Source of the DNA: a virus
Lineage: Duplodnaviria; Caudoviricetes
Reading direction: 5' to 3' (one strand)
DNA: 63,400 bases
Virus record (IMG/VR): IMGVR_UViG_3300034101_001021
Span: 1 to 63,400 of that record
Shown here: one piece after another, positions 62,659 through 63,400 of the stretch
Position numbering within the stretch: the stretch's first letter is position 1
How the letters are laid out: each line of letters begins with the position of its first letter
Program-made: the position numbers and the translations under genes
The notes under the pieces: generated by a model
Databases searched by the model: none
Told to the model about the DNA's origin: nothing
Seen by the model: the letters and a program-made list of their open reading frames with translations, nothing else

Positions 62659-62963
62659 CTTATCAGAACAAACCCAATACCGGCAAACTGTTTGTCAACG
62701 AATACAAAGAGAAAGACAGCCACCCAGATAGGAAGGGAAGTCTGTATCTGGACCGGGAGTTTCTTGCCAAGATGCTTGAGCAGTCAGATGAGCTTGTCGT
62801 CGTAGAAATAACTGCGTGGGAAAACGTCAGTGCTACTGGCAAGGAATACCTTGGTCTCAAAGTCCAGGCCCCCAGGGTTGTTAAAGAAAAGCCCGAGGCT
62901 AAGCCAGAGCCAAAGCCAGAGCCAAAGCCCCAAGAACCAGTAGACGATGACTTTCCGTTCTAG
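62655..62963 (+). CDS. Putative ssDNA-binding protein (DUF736-like) with SSB-type acidic tail
   Basis: G.LF.N..K....PD..G, AW...S..G..YL; ends DDDFPF. Confidence 0.75.
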   Translation: MTYQNKPNTGKLFVNEYKEKDSHPDRKGSLYLDREFLAKMLEQSDELVVVEITAWENVSATGKEYLGLKVQAPRVVKEKPEAKPEPKPEPKPQEPVDDDFPF

Positions 62964-62965
62964 CC

Positions 62966-63382
62966 ATGGACGTACTTAAATTTGAGGGAGTAAAGATCGC
63001 CTTGAAGCAGGACAAGAATGGTTATGTCCTGACTCTTGGCGTCCACCCCGACGATGTTCCAGAGAACCTGCTGCGGGATTACATAGGGGCTAGGTATCAA
63101 GTGGTCATGGTTCGTCTGAACCTAGTTGAAGAACCCATGGATCGGCAGCAAGAGTTTGAAGGTGACAAGGCTGTCCGTATTGCCGGGATGCTATGCCGGA
63201 ACCCTAAGTTCTGGGAATACCTGGAAGAGAAGAACGAGATCATGGAAGCCACCGAAGAAGAGGCTACAGAGTTTTTGCGTATGCACCTGGAGGTTCAGTC
63301 CCGGTCGGATCTCAAAACTAATGACGCGGCGAGGATAAAGCTCGACATCATCTACAAGGACTTTCAAGCATGGGAAAGTTAG
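62966..63382 (+). CDS. Hypothetical protein; its 3' end is also present at 1-127
   Basis: ORF runs through the terminal repeat and overlaps the start of the 115..396 gene. Confidence 0.75.
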   Translation: MDVLKFEGVKIALKQDKNGYVLTLGVHPDDVPENLLRDYIGARYQVVMVRLNLVEEPMDRQQEFEGDKAVRIAGMLCRNPKFWEYLEEKNEIMEATEEEATEFLRMHLEVQSRSDLKTNDAARIKLDIIYKDFQAWES

Positions 63383-63400
63383 TTTCGTACTCGGTCTTCA
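63256..63400. repeat. Terminal direct repeat (right copy)
   Basis: Matches 1-145. Confidence 0.97.

Noticed and set aside
1-63400. Stop-codon reassignment or integrase/att site
   Set aside because: Standard code gives dense, full-length genes ending in TAA, TAG and TGA; no recombinase motif was recognised

Overview
The window looks like an essentially complete dsDNA tailed phage genome of about 63.26 kb unique length; positions 1-145 repeat at 63256-63400. It is podovirus-like, with terminase, a large portal, GroES, scaffold, a Mu gpT-like major capsid, tail adaptor/nozzle, P22/T7-style ejection proteins and a 2733-aa polyvalent protein. A Gram-negative, probably proteobacterial host is inferred from sigma70 promoters, IHF boxes and a Rap1a-like gene. 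Modules: accessory and replication genes on + (1-10.3 kb, including PAPS-reductase-like, ParB-like, SF2 helicase and TOPRIM primase), small early genes on - (10.2-14.3 kb), packaging/structure/lysis on + (14.5-60.3 kb) and recombination genes (60.3-63.4 kb). I recognised no integrase, DNA polymerase, reverse transcriptase, tRNA or CRISPR array. Most notable: (1) a modular receptor-binding system of three tandem 462-aa seven-repeat propeller paralogs sharing an N-terminal domain with a fibre, plus a stand-alone copy of that fibre's tip domain and an unannotated 37-aa candidate adaptor peptide; (2) a recurrent [FYMK]-x-x-GG motif on about nine small basic and ejection-type proteins; (3) a dense ncRNA island at 4.66-5.03 kb with an anti-Shine-Dalgarno sRNA and a C4-like antisense RNA next to its target boxes; (4) ACTGTAACA palindromes at three control loci; (5) a multi-pseudoknot leader RNA downstream of the capsid/GIY-YIG locus; (6) glycosylation/modification enzymes inside the tail module. 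All family names come from recognising motifs by eye, not from database searches.
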